64,000 nucleotides of DNA from the NCBI RefSeq assembly GCF_009834535.1, contig NC_045707.1:12586001-12650000 (forward strand). Reading direction: 5' to 3'. Both the position numbers and the translations under genes were made by a program. The notes under the pieces were generated by a model, which ran no database searches, had not been told where the DNA came from, and saw only the letters and a list, made by a program, of their open reading frames with translations. This document shows, in pieces, positions 11,601 through 22,750 of this stretch (its first letter is position 1; every line of letters begins with the position of its first letter). The DNA comes from Camelus ferus. Lineage: Eukaryota.

Positions 11601-14400
11601 TGGCGGGGGGCAGCCACGCTTATCCAGGAAAGGCAATCCCATGGTCTCTGCCCCACTCTGCCTCTCTGGTCCTTGCACACCAGGGCAGTGGGTGTGTCCT
11701 TCAGCCACCCTGGACTGGTCCTGCACCCAGCCCTTTTGAGCGGTGGCTTTCATGTCCCTCCCTTCTCTGAGCAGCTGCTGCTTCTCATGCCCTCTGGTGC
11801 TCTTGGCTGCTCCTCTGAGTGGCAGCTGGCCTTGAGCTGACGCCCCTGAGGTCAGGCTGGCCGGCACCAAGGGGCCTGCCTCCCTCTCCCCCCGAGGGTC
11901 AGCTCTGTGCCCTAGCCTAGAGCTAAGAAATCTTTTTGTTCGTTATAAGAAAAAACCTTGTTACGCTCAGGAGAAACTATTAACATTTGATAACTTTGGT
12001 TAGTAGATGCATAGATGTTTATCATATTTTTTTTTTTGTATTTTTTTTGAGAAAAAGTACCCCATGATCACTAATTTACTAGTTTGTGTGTTCTCTTAAC
12101 GTTTTTCCTAGAATTTTTGCTTTAGTTTTGTCACTGAACTACTTGAACTTCCTGCCCCACCTCCAGGGTCCCTGCAGGGTTCTTGGTGTCTGGCCCAGAG
12201 CAGAGCTGCTATGGCGGGGGGGGGTGGGTGGTGGTGGTTTGCTGGAGCCTCAGGTGGAGGAGAGAGGGGAATCCAGGCATTTCTCTGCAGGGCATCACCC
12301 GGCCCAGGAAGTGCCTGCTGCGGGAGCCTGCCTCCCGGCTGAAGGTGAGGGGTCGTGGGGTCTGGACCCCAGGGAGGGCATGCGTGCTTGAGGCCCACAA
12401 CCCACCGCCTCACTGCTGCCAGCGCTCTTGGATGCCAGGCTCCTAGCCTGAGGCCCTGCGCCTGGCTTGTGAGGAATATTCCTTGCCTCATAATTGAACT
12501 TCGCTTGGGCATCTCTCTCCCTGTGTGTCCAGACTGGGGGAGGGTTCCTGTCTACCATATTCTCGTGTCTGCTTGTGCTCTGTGCTCAGGAGACCCCAGA
12601 CCCCTGGCAGGGCCTGGACCCCTTCGACTCCCTGGACTCTAAGCCCTTCAGGAAAGGTAACTGGGGGAGGGGCACTCCCTTTGGGCACCCGAGTGGGGCT
12701 CACTTGGCCTGCATGGAGGCTGGGGCTCCTAGGGCATGTGGGCACAGTGGCCTGCCCTGGGCCATGGTTGTGCTCTAAGACTGTCTGCCTGCCCCCAGGT
12801 AGGCCCTACTCCGTGCCCCCCTGTGTGGAGGCGGCTCCGGGACAGAAGCGCAAGAGGAAGGGCACGGCCAAGCTGCAGGACTTCCACCAGTGGTACCTGG
12901 CTGCCTGTGCGTGGGGCTGTGGGCCTGGGCCTGGGCCAGGGCTGAGGGTCCAGGTGTGGCTTGCGGGCCATTGGCTTAACTCCTGCTGACCCAGTCCTCT
13001 TGTAGATGCTGACCACGCTGACAGCAGGAGTCCCCGGCGGAAGGGCCCCTCCTTTGCAGGTGAGGTGGGGGCCTTCTGTGTGCTCTCCTGGGGGATGAGG
13101 GCCCCACACTCTGCCCCCTCCCCTCAGCCCAGGAATACCCGAGGCCCTGGGTGGACTAGGGTGGACCCAGGCGGGTTGTGGGAGCCCCCTCTCACAAGGC
13201 CTTTGTGTGCAGACATGGAGGATCTGTACTGGAGGCACGTGAAGGAGCAACTGGAGACCCTGCGGAAGCTGCAGAGGAGGGAGGCAAGTACTGGCCACTG
13301 TCTAGACCACACTTGGCCCCACTGGTGGGAGACAGCAGTGCCTCTCAGATGCTCTCTCTGTACAGGTGGCTGAGCGGTGGCCGCCAAGGACCGAGGAGGG
13401 GCTATGGCCTGCGGAGGAGGACCGCCTGGAGGACTCCTTAGAGGATCTGGGAGTGGCAGGTGGGCACCTACTGGGGCAGGCCAGGTCGGGACTCAGCACC
13501 TGCTGCCGGCTGACCGGCTTCCTGCTGGGGTCCTCTGCTCCCAACAGGTGACTTTCTAGAGCCTGAGGAGTATGCAGAGCCTGAGGGGGCAAAGCCCGAG
13601 GAAGATGGAGACCTAGGTAGGTCTGGGAGTGGGCTGCTGGCTGGCGGGCCATGAGGGGCTCTGAAAACGGGAGGAAGGAGAGGTTGTGGCTCACAGCTGC
13701 CCACTGTCCAGAAGCAGAAGCCATGCCGGCGTCCCTGAGCTATGAGGAACTGGTCCGAAGGAATGTGGTAGGCCCAGGTGGGAGCTGTGGGGAGTGGGGA
13801 GAGGGGCCCCTGCACAGAAGGCGATACAGCCCCTGGCCCGCCCCTAGGAGCTCTTCATCACCACGTCTCAGAAGTTTGTCCAGGAGACAGAGCTGAGCCA
13901 GCGCATCAGGGAGTGGGAAGACACCATCCAGCCCCTGCTCCAGGAGCAGGTGAGGTGGGCTGGTTGGGCCTCTGGCTGAGAACAGGAGCATCCCACTGCC
14001 TGGTGGGCTAGCCCCAGGACTGTGCCCCTCCCTTTTGCAGGAGCAGCACATGCCTTTTGACATCCACACCTATGGGGACCAGGTGGTCTCAAGGTTCAGG
14101 CAACTCAACCAGTGGTGTCCCTTTGCGGAGTTGGTGGCCGGGCAGCCTGCCTTCGAGGTGTGTCGCTCCATGCTGGCCTCCCTGCAGCTGGTGAGTGGCC
14201 TAGGAGCCTGTGTGTGGGGAGGGTGGTCCCTGGTCTCTGCTGATATGTTGTCCCTCCAGGCCAACGACCACACGGTGGAGATCACCCAGCAGCCGGGGCT
14301 GGAGGCAGCTGTGGACACCATGTCCCTGAGACTGCTCACATACCAGCGGGCCCACAAGCGCTTCCAGACGTATGCCGCCCCCTCCATGGCCCAGCCCTGA
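2630..14400 (+). CDS. NCAPH2: Condensin-2 complex subunit H2 (kleisin beta), 20 exons, 1812 nt, 603 aa
   Basis: Exons: 2630-2737, 7199-7300, 9878-9933, 10041-10122, 10198-10266, 10389-10468, 10547-10680, 10974-11057, 11418-11548, 12291-12344, 12590-12656, 12799-12906, 13006-13059, 13213-13283, 13366-13459, 13548-13616, 13712-13767, 13848-13949, 14041-14190, 14260-14400. They sum to 1812 nt in one frame. Starts [36 protein letters not shown] and ends [13 protein letters not shown]. Confidence 0.96.
3130..4520. mobile_element. Old LINE-2 remnants, interrupted by a SINE
   Basis: L2-like text (cacttagatgtc...catctcagacttaat; ctccactgctctcagaataaaatccaaa; 3' end cctagcacatagtaggtgcagaataaatgtttgtt). 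Boundaries approximate. Confidence 0.6.
3984..4108 (+). mobile_element. tRNA-derived SINE (camelid Vic-1-like)
   Basis: Pol III A/B-box-like head (agctcagtggt...gagttcaatcccc), A-rich tail, imperfect TSD aaacttccttctct / aaacctcccttctct. Confidence 0.85.
5350..5930. mobile_element. LINE-2 remnant in NCAPH2 intron 1
   Basis: Purine-rich L2-like segment (gtgaacctgttgagt...gacatcccagtggag...ggacgtaagggttgggcttcag). Boundaries approximate. Confidence 0.5.
8921..9105. mobile_element. MER3-like hAT-Charlie DNA transposon
   Basis: Resembles the MER3 consensus (ctttctg...gatggaa...atctgtgctgtc; aaagccacacgtggct...cggtagtgcagcgctg). Confidence 0.65.
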
Positions 14401-14501
14401 GCAGGGAGCACTGAGACCAGGAGTAGGCCCTGGAGCCCTGTCTGCCACGGTGCTGGGCATGCATCTGCTCACCTCGCCTTGCTTCCTGGCTGGCCCAGCC
14501 T

Positions 14502-14507
14502 AATAAA
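14502..14507 (+). terminator. NCAPH2 polyadenylation signal AATAAA
   Basis: AATAAA 101 nt after the NCAPH2 stop codon. Confidence 0.8.
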
Positions 14508-14681
14508 GTGTTGCCATCCCACCAACCCCTTAAAAAACCTTTACAAAACTGTTCTGTGTGGAGGAAAGGGCTGGCCATCTCCTGCACCTCAGGGAGCAAC
14601 CAGGTCCTGAGCCCCTTTTCTGCACTGGCCTCTGAAGGCTGCTGGTACAGACCACACGCACACACTACTGGGTCACATCCC

Positions 14682-14687
14682 TTTAAT
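14682..14687 (-). terminator. SCO2 polyadenylation signal ATTAAA
   Basis: ATTAAA on the minus strand, 8 nt after the SCO2 stop codon. Confidence 0.65.
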
Positions 14688-14695
14688 GACCCTGC

Positions 14696-15496
14696 TCAGT
14701 GCAGGACGCTGCGGAAGGCAGCCATGTGGCGCCGCACGCTGTCTGCAATCTGCTCAGCTGACCTGGCCCTGCTGTAATAGTCTGTGAAGAGGCCGTCAGG
14801 GCTGAGCAAATAGATGGCGATGGAGTGGTCCACAATGTAATCCTGGTCCTCGTCCTTGGGGCCAGCGCTGTAGTACACGCGGTAGCTGCGGCTGACCTCG
14901 GCAATCTGCTCAGCTGAGCCAGTCAGGCCCAGCAGCCTTGGGTGGAAGTCCTGCACGTAGCGGGCCATGGCGGCCACGTCATCCCGCTCAGGGTCCACGG
15001 TGATAAAGAGGGGCTGCACGGGGGGCAGGCCAGGCTCTGTCTCCAGCTGCCTCACCACCCGCACCAGCTTCTCCAGCTCATCTGGGCAGATGTCGGGGCA
15101 GTGAGTGAAGCCAAAGTACATTAGCACCCACTGGCCCCGGAAGTCGGCTTTGCAGCGAGCCTGGCCCCAGTGGTCCAGCAGGCTGAAGTCACCCTGGCCC
15201 ACAGCAGCCTGACGCAGTGCCTCTGTCCGCTGTCGCTGCCGCCGCTGCTCCTTTTCTGCCCTTGCAGCCAGCCAGGCCCCACCTAGCCCAGCCCCAAACA
15301 AGGCTGTGATCAGCAGCCTAGTTCGTAGCCCAGGACCCTGGGGCCGGCCCTGCCTGCCAGCCTCCACAGGGCCCTGCCTTGACAGGAGCCGGCACCTCAC
15401 ATGTGGGGCCTTGCCTCCTGGGGTCCTGGGGAGGGCAGGAGGCTTGAGCTGAGAGAGCCCGTGCCAAGCCTTGGGTGCCCGAGCCAGCAGCAGCAT
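14696..15496 (-). CDS. SCO2: Cytochrome c oxidase assembly protein SCO2 (copper chaperone), single coding exon, 266 aa
   Basis: [11 protein letters not shown]... with a mitochondrial presequence, one TM helix, the [12 protein letters not shown] CxxxC motif and VDHSIAIY His ligand. Acceptor ttttccAG lies 13 nt before the ATG (exon starts at 15509). Confidence 0.98.
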   Translation of the reverse strand: MLLLARAPKAWHGLSQLKPPALPRTPGGKAPHVRCRLLSRQGPVEAGRQGRPQGPGLRTRLLITALFGAGLGGAWLAARAEKEQRRQRQRTEALRQAAVGQGDFSLLDHWGQARCKADFRGQWVLMYFGFTHCPDICPDELEKLVRVVRQLETEPGLPPVQPLFITVDPERDDVAAMARYVQDFHPRLLGLTGSAEQIAEVSRSYRVYYSAGPKDEDQDYIVDHSIAIYLLSPDGLFTDYYSRARSAEQIADSVRRHMAAFRSVLH

Positions 15497-16279
15497 GGAC
15501 CTGGTGCTCCTGGAAAAGAGCAAAGGTTTTGGAACCAGGAGGTGCCTCGGCCTCCTGGGTCATCCTCCATCATTCTGGGGAGACTCGCCACCATCTGAAG
15601 GACCAACCCCACACGGGCTCAGCTGGGCTCAGAAGTGCTTCACCTCTGAAACTTCGCACTCTGGCCTAGGTGTTATCAAATGTCCCTGCCTGTTCCTCTT
15701 GTCCTCCAGCCTGAGACCCTCATCCATCTCATCCCACCTGGCCCCTGCCCCCTGGTCCTGCTGCTGGCTGGCCTGCCCCTGCAGCTCTAACCAGCCTAGC
15801 CCAGCGCTGCCTGTGTCTGAGTGAGCTGACTGAAAGCATTCCAAGTGCATGCTTGCTGGGATTCCTGAGCATATTAATCTGTGTGCAATAAACTCCCATT
15901 TCTTGACAGGAAGTGGGTGAGTCTCTGGCTTCAATCCCCAAAGACTGACTCCGACCCTTCTGCAGCCTTTCTCTTGAGGACCGCTCCAACCATGGAGCTT
16001 TGGTTCCCTCCCTAGGCTCAGCCGAAACCCCCCGTCACCCGCACCCAGTCTGCAGTTACCTCCTGATGCCGCTCCGCCGCCGCCCCTTCCACCCTGAACC
16101 TTTCTGGGTGGTGGTCACCTGGAAGGGAAACAAGGTTTCCACTTGTCTGGAGCCTACCTTGTCCACAGCCGGGTATCCGACAGCAGCTCTGGGCTGGCGG
16201 CCCACGCTCTGCTGTTGCTTCGGTGACCTCCGACCCTTTCTCAGGGTCCTCTGGAGGTTTGCTAGGAGGAGGTCTTAGG

Positions 16280-16960
16280 ACTCCGCCTTACCTGCTCCGC
16301 TGCTGCTGGAAGGGCCTTCTCGAAGACTACTAAATGTCCGGCCTCTGCCCGGTCCAAAGGTTCCTGGGCTTGGGCTCTGGGCTGGATGACCTTGGACACG
16401 TCCCTTAGTGTCTACATCAGCTTCCTCCTTTGCAAAATGCGCTGTAAGCGGTGCATGAAATGGGCCTGCAAGCGAAGGCAGCCTGTGGACGTTTCCAGGG
16501 CCTGTCTCCTCCAGAAGGCCCCTCTTCTCAAGGAGCCCCCTCCAGAGCGCCCTCCAGGAACGCGCCGCGCGGGGTGGCCTTCCAGGTCCTCCGGACGCCG
16601 GCGTCGATGCCTCGTGCCTGTGGATGAGACCCAGGAAGCAGAGCTTGGCGCCCGCCCTGCTCGGTCACTGGGCGTATGCGTTAACGGCGTCGCGCTCGCG
16701 CAGACGAGCGTGGAGCCAGCGGGCGCCGGGCCGTGCGCATGCGCCAAAGGTGCAGGAACCCCCCTCGTCAGAAGTCACGTGCCGGAGGGCGGTGCGAGGA
16801 AGCCCCGCCCACCCTCGGCGGCCACGCCTCGCCCGGCGCGGTCTGCACTCGCCCCGGGTTTCCACCTTCTTGCTCCCGGCCCCCGTGGCGCCGGGCACCC
16901 GCACCAATGAGCGCCTCTCGGGGTTCGTTGCCGCGTGTCGGCCAGCTCGCGGGCGCGGGG
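16280..16960 (-). promoter_or_regulatory. SCO2 CpG-island promoter and candidate non-coding first exon
   Basis: CpG-dense. NRF1 consensus TGCGCATGCGC at 16734-16744, GTCACGTG E-box at 16774-16781, candidate donor CAG/GTAAGG with the exon ending at 16292. Confidence 0.7.
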
Positions 16961-19667
16961 GGCTGGGGGTGAAAAGCTGGGCTCAGGAAGGGAGGGGCAT
17001 GGGCTACTGGACGGACGGAGGTCTCTGGGCGTAGGGCTGAGCCAGAGCGGGTGCCCCTCTACCAGTCCCCTCACCGAGCCTGGTGACGGGTGACTGGGTC
17101 CGCAGGCCCGGGGGCCTCCGCACAGCAGCGCCTTCTCCACTCCAGGGAGTGGCCTACGCTGGGGTTGTCCTTGGCGGTCAGAGCAACCGCCCCGCGCCAA
17201 CCTGCGGAGACACGGCTCAGCGTGGACCCGCCCAGCATCTTGCGTGTCGTCAGACCCCAGTCCTTGATGCATCCTTGGTTGCCAGTTCCCGTGGAGTGAG
17301 GGGATCACAGAAGGCTTGGGAGGGGACGGGAGAGACCTGAAGCAGGCAGTGTGCTTGACTTAAGCGGTGGGGGTCAGGAAAGCCTTGTACCTGGCCCGGG
17401 CGGGAGGGTTTCCCCAGACCAGATCAGCCTTGCTCAGATAAAGCTGAAGAAGGAGGAATGCCAGCACGGAGTCCAGTCCCAGCAGAGGCAGGGTGAGACA
17501 GGGCTGCTGGGAGGACTAAAAGGTTCGTGGGGACCAGGCTGCCCAAGTTATGAAGGGGAGTTTGGGGCCACATGAGATCCACACCATCAGAGAGGACAGA
17601 ACCACACGGCGACCCCTACGGAGAGGCCACACTGGCTCCAGAAGGCACTGGTGCTTGCCTGCTCCCACGCCTGTGGCTGAATAGGGACGACTGCGGTTTC
17701 CCTGAACTTCCTGTCTACCACCAGAGCAGACAGGCTGTCTGTCGCCTTCTCACTGAGGATGGGGGCTGTGGGGGAGGCTACGGGTCTGGAGATGATGGAG
17801 ATCCTGGAGCTTCCCAGGAGATGTGGAGGATGCTGAATCTCCGGTCTGTCATGAGGGGTCAGGGATCCAGAGCATGGGGTAAAGTTCCCTATGTGATGGG
17901 ATGACAGGTTGTGCATCAGTCAGGTCACCCTCTTGAGTGGGTGATCAGGTATCCTGTGATGAGGATACACTGACCCTGGGTTTGGGTCAAATCACCGGTG
18001 ATTGTGTGTGTTCGCAGCTTGGGGTCTTTAACATGCAGGAGGTGGAGTCTGGGGTGAGGTCACCTGTGATGAGTGGCAGGCTGTCGACAGTGTCTGTTAC
18101 ATCTCTTGCTTCATACAGGATTCCATCTGCAAGAACCAGCTTCCTGCTCTGACCCACAATACAGCAGCTACTTGCCCCGGCAGCCCTTGCATCTGGCCAG
18201 CCCCCCCCCCCCCCCCGCATAAGGGCTCTTGGTGACCTTCAGTGGCCTCTGATCAGTAACCTCATCACTGACCCCGACTGAAAACTCATCAGCAACCTTG
18301 ACAAAATGTTCAAAATCATGACCAGTGACTTAGGAATGATTCTGATAAGTCCTCACTAATGACTCGTCCAGAATATTGATCAATGTCCTGTGGCTCATTA
18401 ATGATTAATCAGAGGCCTGTCAGTATTTTACAAAGTCCCTATTAATGACTTCAATCAAATTTCCATTGATGATCTTGATCAAAGTCCTAGGCGCCATGAA
18501 TAACTGGTCAATATCCTCACTAATGATCTTCTAGAGAGTCTGGCCAATGTATCCATCAATAACCCAGGTCAATGACCCATCAGTGGCCCACCTGTACCTG
18601 CTCTGGGCTCTAGGTGACACTAAATCCAGAAATATCCAAGGTGCTCCCCATGTGCCCCAGACCATGTCCACTGATCATTGGTACATGCTGGACAGGGATG
18701 CTGAGTACACCTGCATAGTCACCTCCTCACCCCCACATTTCTCCTCACCTTCCCTGGTTAGAACTTCAACTGGAGTTAAATATTTACTAAGCAGTGTAGT
18801 GGGTATTCAGCTGGAGAGGGAACTGAAAACAGATTGTCCTGGTTTGGGATGGGGGTGTCAGTGGGGGAGGAGGCAAGTACCTCTCGCTTGAGGCACAAGT
18901 CTGGGGGTGGAGGGGTAGCAGTACCGGCTCTTCCTTTGGGAGTCCTGCCTGCGGAATCTAGGAGGGAGAGCTGGAAGACTTGTTCCTGTTCTTGGGGGTT
19001 GATGGGAAGGGAGATTCAGGTTCTGTCCTGGGGTCCTGTTTGGGCCAGGCTTGAATTGGGCTGCTGACCTCTTTGAGGTCAGAGTTTCTGGTCTTGAGAG
19101 GAGGCATCTTTTAACCTTGCAGCCACAGGCAGGCAGGGCAGGTGCCAAGACTCTGCCTCAGGGCACGTTTGTCCCCGAGCTATAGGCACCAGGCCACTCC
19201 AGCTGCTGCCCAGACTTGCCCAGGACGGGTCAGCGCTGCAGTCTCCACCAGATCCATGCCTCGCAGGCGGTTGGCAAGATCATGGCCCCTAGGCGTGGGT
19301 ACAGTGGTGTAGGCAGCACAAGGAGGGAGGGCGTTCCCCCTGCAGTAGGTTATCCTGAGTGGCAGTGGCAGTGGTGGGGCGCTATGGCGTCGCCGGGGGC
19401 AGGCAGTCTCTGGGCCTGACCTTTGGGTCGGAGTCAGGGGCGGCCAGCCGTCGCCACGCATGGATTTGCGCGCCCTGTGCCTTCCAGGACGGCACTCACG
19501 AAACCCCTGACTTCAGTAGGCAGTTGCTTGGGCTCCGGCCCCTCCCTGGGAGAGTTCAGCAGATTCAACTGGGGCAGCTGGGGACAGGGGTCCGCAACTA
19601 CTCCGGGCTGCGACACACTTGGAACCTGTCGCCGCCCTGTGTCCGTGTCACTGCAGCCAGGCTCACC
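16880..19667 (-). pseudogene. TYMP: Thymidine phosphorylase unitary pseudogene in the syntenic TYMP position
   Basis: Exon remnants: ex2 19607-19462 (PEPKQLP..EVRGFVSAV), ex3 19288-19116 (NRLRGMDLVET..APALPACGCK), ex4 18684-18598 (VPMISGHGLGH..TLD..*SPEQ), ex5 18192-18064 ([28 protein letters not shown]), ex6 17765-17649 (ILSEK..LSALVVD..KF), ex7 17201-17075 (ctgaccgcc.aggacaac..ggccactccctggag), start of ex8 at about 17057-17030 (gctctggctcagc). Multiple inactivating lesions. Confidence 0.95.
18240..18590. repeat. Degenerate tandem-like repeat in TYMP intron 4
   Basis: Recurrent tgatcaa/gtcct/aatgac motifs. TCCTCACTAATGA occurs exactly at 18350-18362 and 18514-18526. Confidence 0.5.
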
Positions 19668-20100
19668 TGTCCCGACCCGGTTCCCGTTTTTCTCTCGTGT
19701 AGTCCCCTCAGTCCTGTGTCTGTGTCGCCCGTGTGCATGTCTCCATGTCTGGCTCCCACATCTCGGTCTCACAACTGACCCCGGTCCGTACCTGTCCTGC
19801 ACAGAGGCCCTAGCCCGTCTTCTTTCGAATCCTAGCGGGTTCCTCTCTGTCTTGCCGGAGGCCACAGCGTGGGAGCGGCGGGATGGCGCCTCCGGCCAGA
19901 TCCACGGAGGGGCGGGGCCTCGCGGACAGGCGGGGCTCTGGGCCAATCACCGCCTCGGAGGGGCGGGTATCCCGACCAATCACGAGGGCCCGCTTGCGGC
20001 CTCTCTTGCCCGCCCGCCGCGCCGCAAGCAGAGGGAAGGCGACACGCTGCTGGCTCCCGAATCTTTTAAGAAAAACATTTGTGGGGCCGCGCCCGCCCGG
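19667..20100 (-). promoter_or_regulatory. Retained TYMP-position promoter and non-coding exon 1
   Basis: CpG-rich. GC boxes at about 19909-19965, two CCAAT boxes (GGCCAATCA 19941-19949, GACCAATCA 19974-19982), canonical donor CAG/GTGAGC with the exon ending at 19667. Confidence 0.65.
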
Positions 20101-20104
20101 CCGA

Positions 20105-22211
<2,107 letters not shown>

Positions 22212-22319
22212 TCACCGTTTCACGGGCTTCACTAGACCCATTCCAGAAATGGACAGATCTGCAGACAGAAGCTAGTGGGAGAATAAAGAAATCAAGCTCA
22301 GTTTAATTATTATGTGTAG

Positions 22320-22750
22320 AGAGAGAACTTTGCTTCTATTTAAGCCCATGGAATAGTTGCAGAAAATAACCATGTACCAGGCCACAGAAAAGCCCATTCA
22401 GGTTGAATAAAGAGCTATATATAACAGGACACATTATCTGATCACAATCCAAAACAATTCTAAGCAAACAGTAAAATATTTTTTAAAAAGTTAATTACTT
22501 GGAAATTAACAGATTCTCTTTGAAAATGCCCTGGATCAAAGAGAAACTCAAATGTGAAGTTACAAATTATACATAAAACTGCAAAGGCAGATCCCTTCAC
22601 ACCCAGCTTTAGAAGACATAGCTAAAGCTGTGTTCAGAGGAAAACATATAGCCATAAATGACTTCATTATTAATGAAGAAAAATTTTAAATAAAGACACT
22701 TAGCATTTATCTTACAAACATTAGAAAAAAGAACAGTCAAGTAACCTAAA
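22320..22750 (+). mobile_element. Ancient L1 (L1ME-like) ORF2 endonuclease-end remnant
   Basis: catgtaccaggccacaga...tctgatcacaat...ccctggatcaaagag...gctaaagctgtgttcagaggaaaa...atagccataaatg resembles L1 ORF2. Confidence 0.7.

Noticed and set aside
15497-15523. 9-aa N-terminal extension of SCO2 in the ORF track
   Set aside because: It starts at a non-ATG codon inside the intron's polypyrimidine tract. The real ATG is 15496.
16386-17308. 174-177-aa ORFs over the SCO2 promoter
   Set aside because: CpG-island artefacts that start at non-ATG codons or cross frameshifted TYMP remnants.
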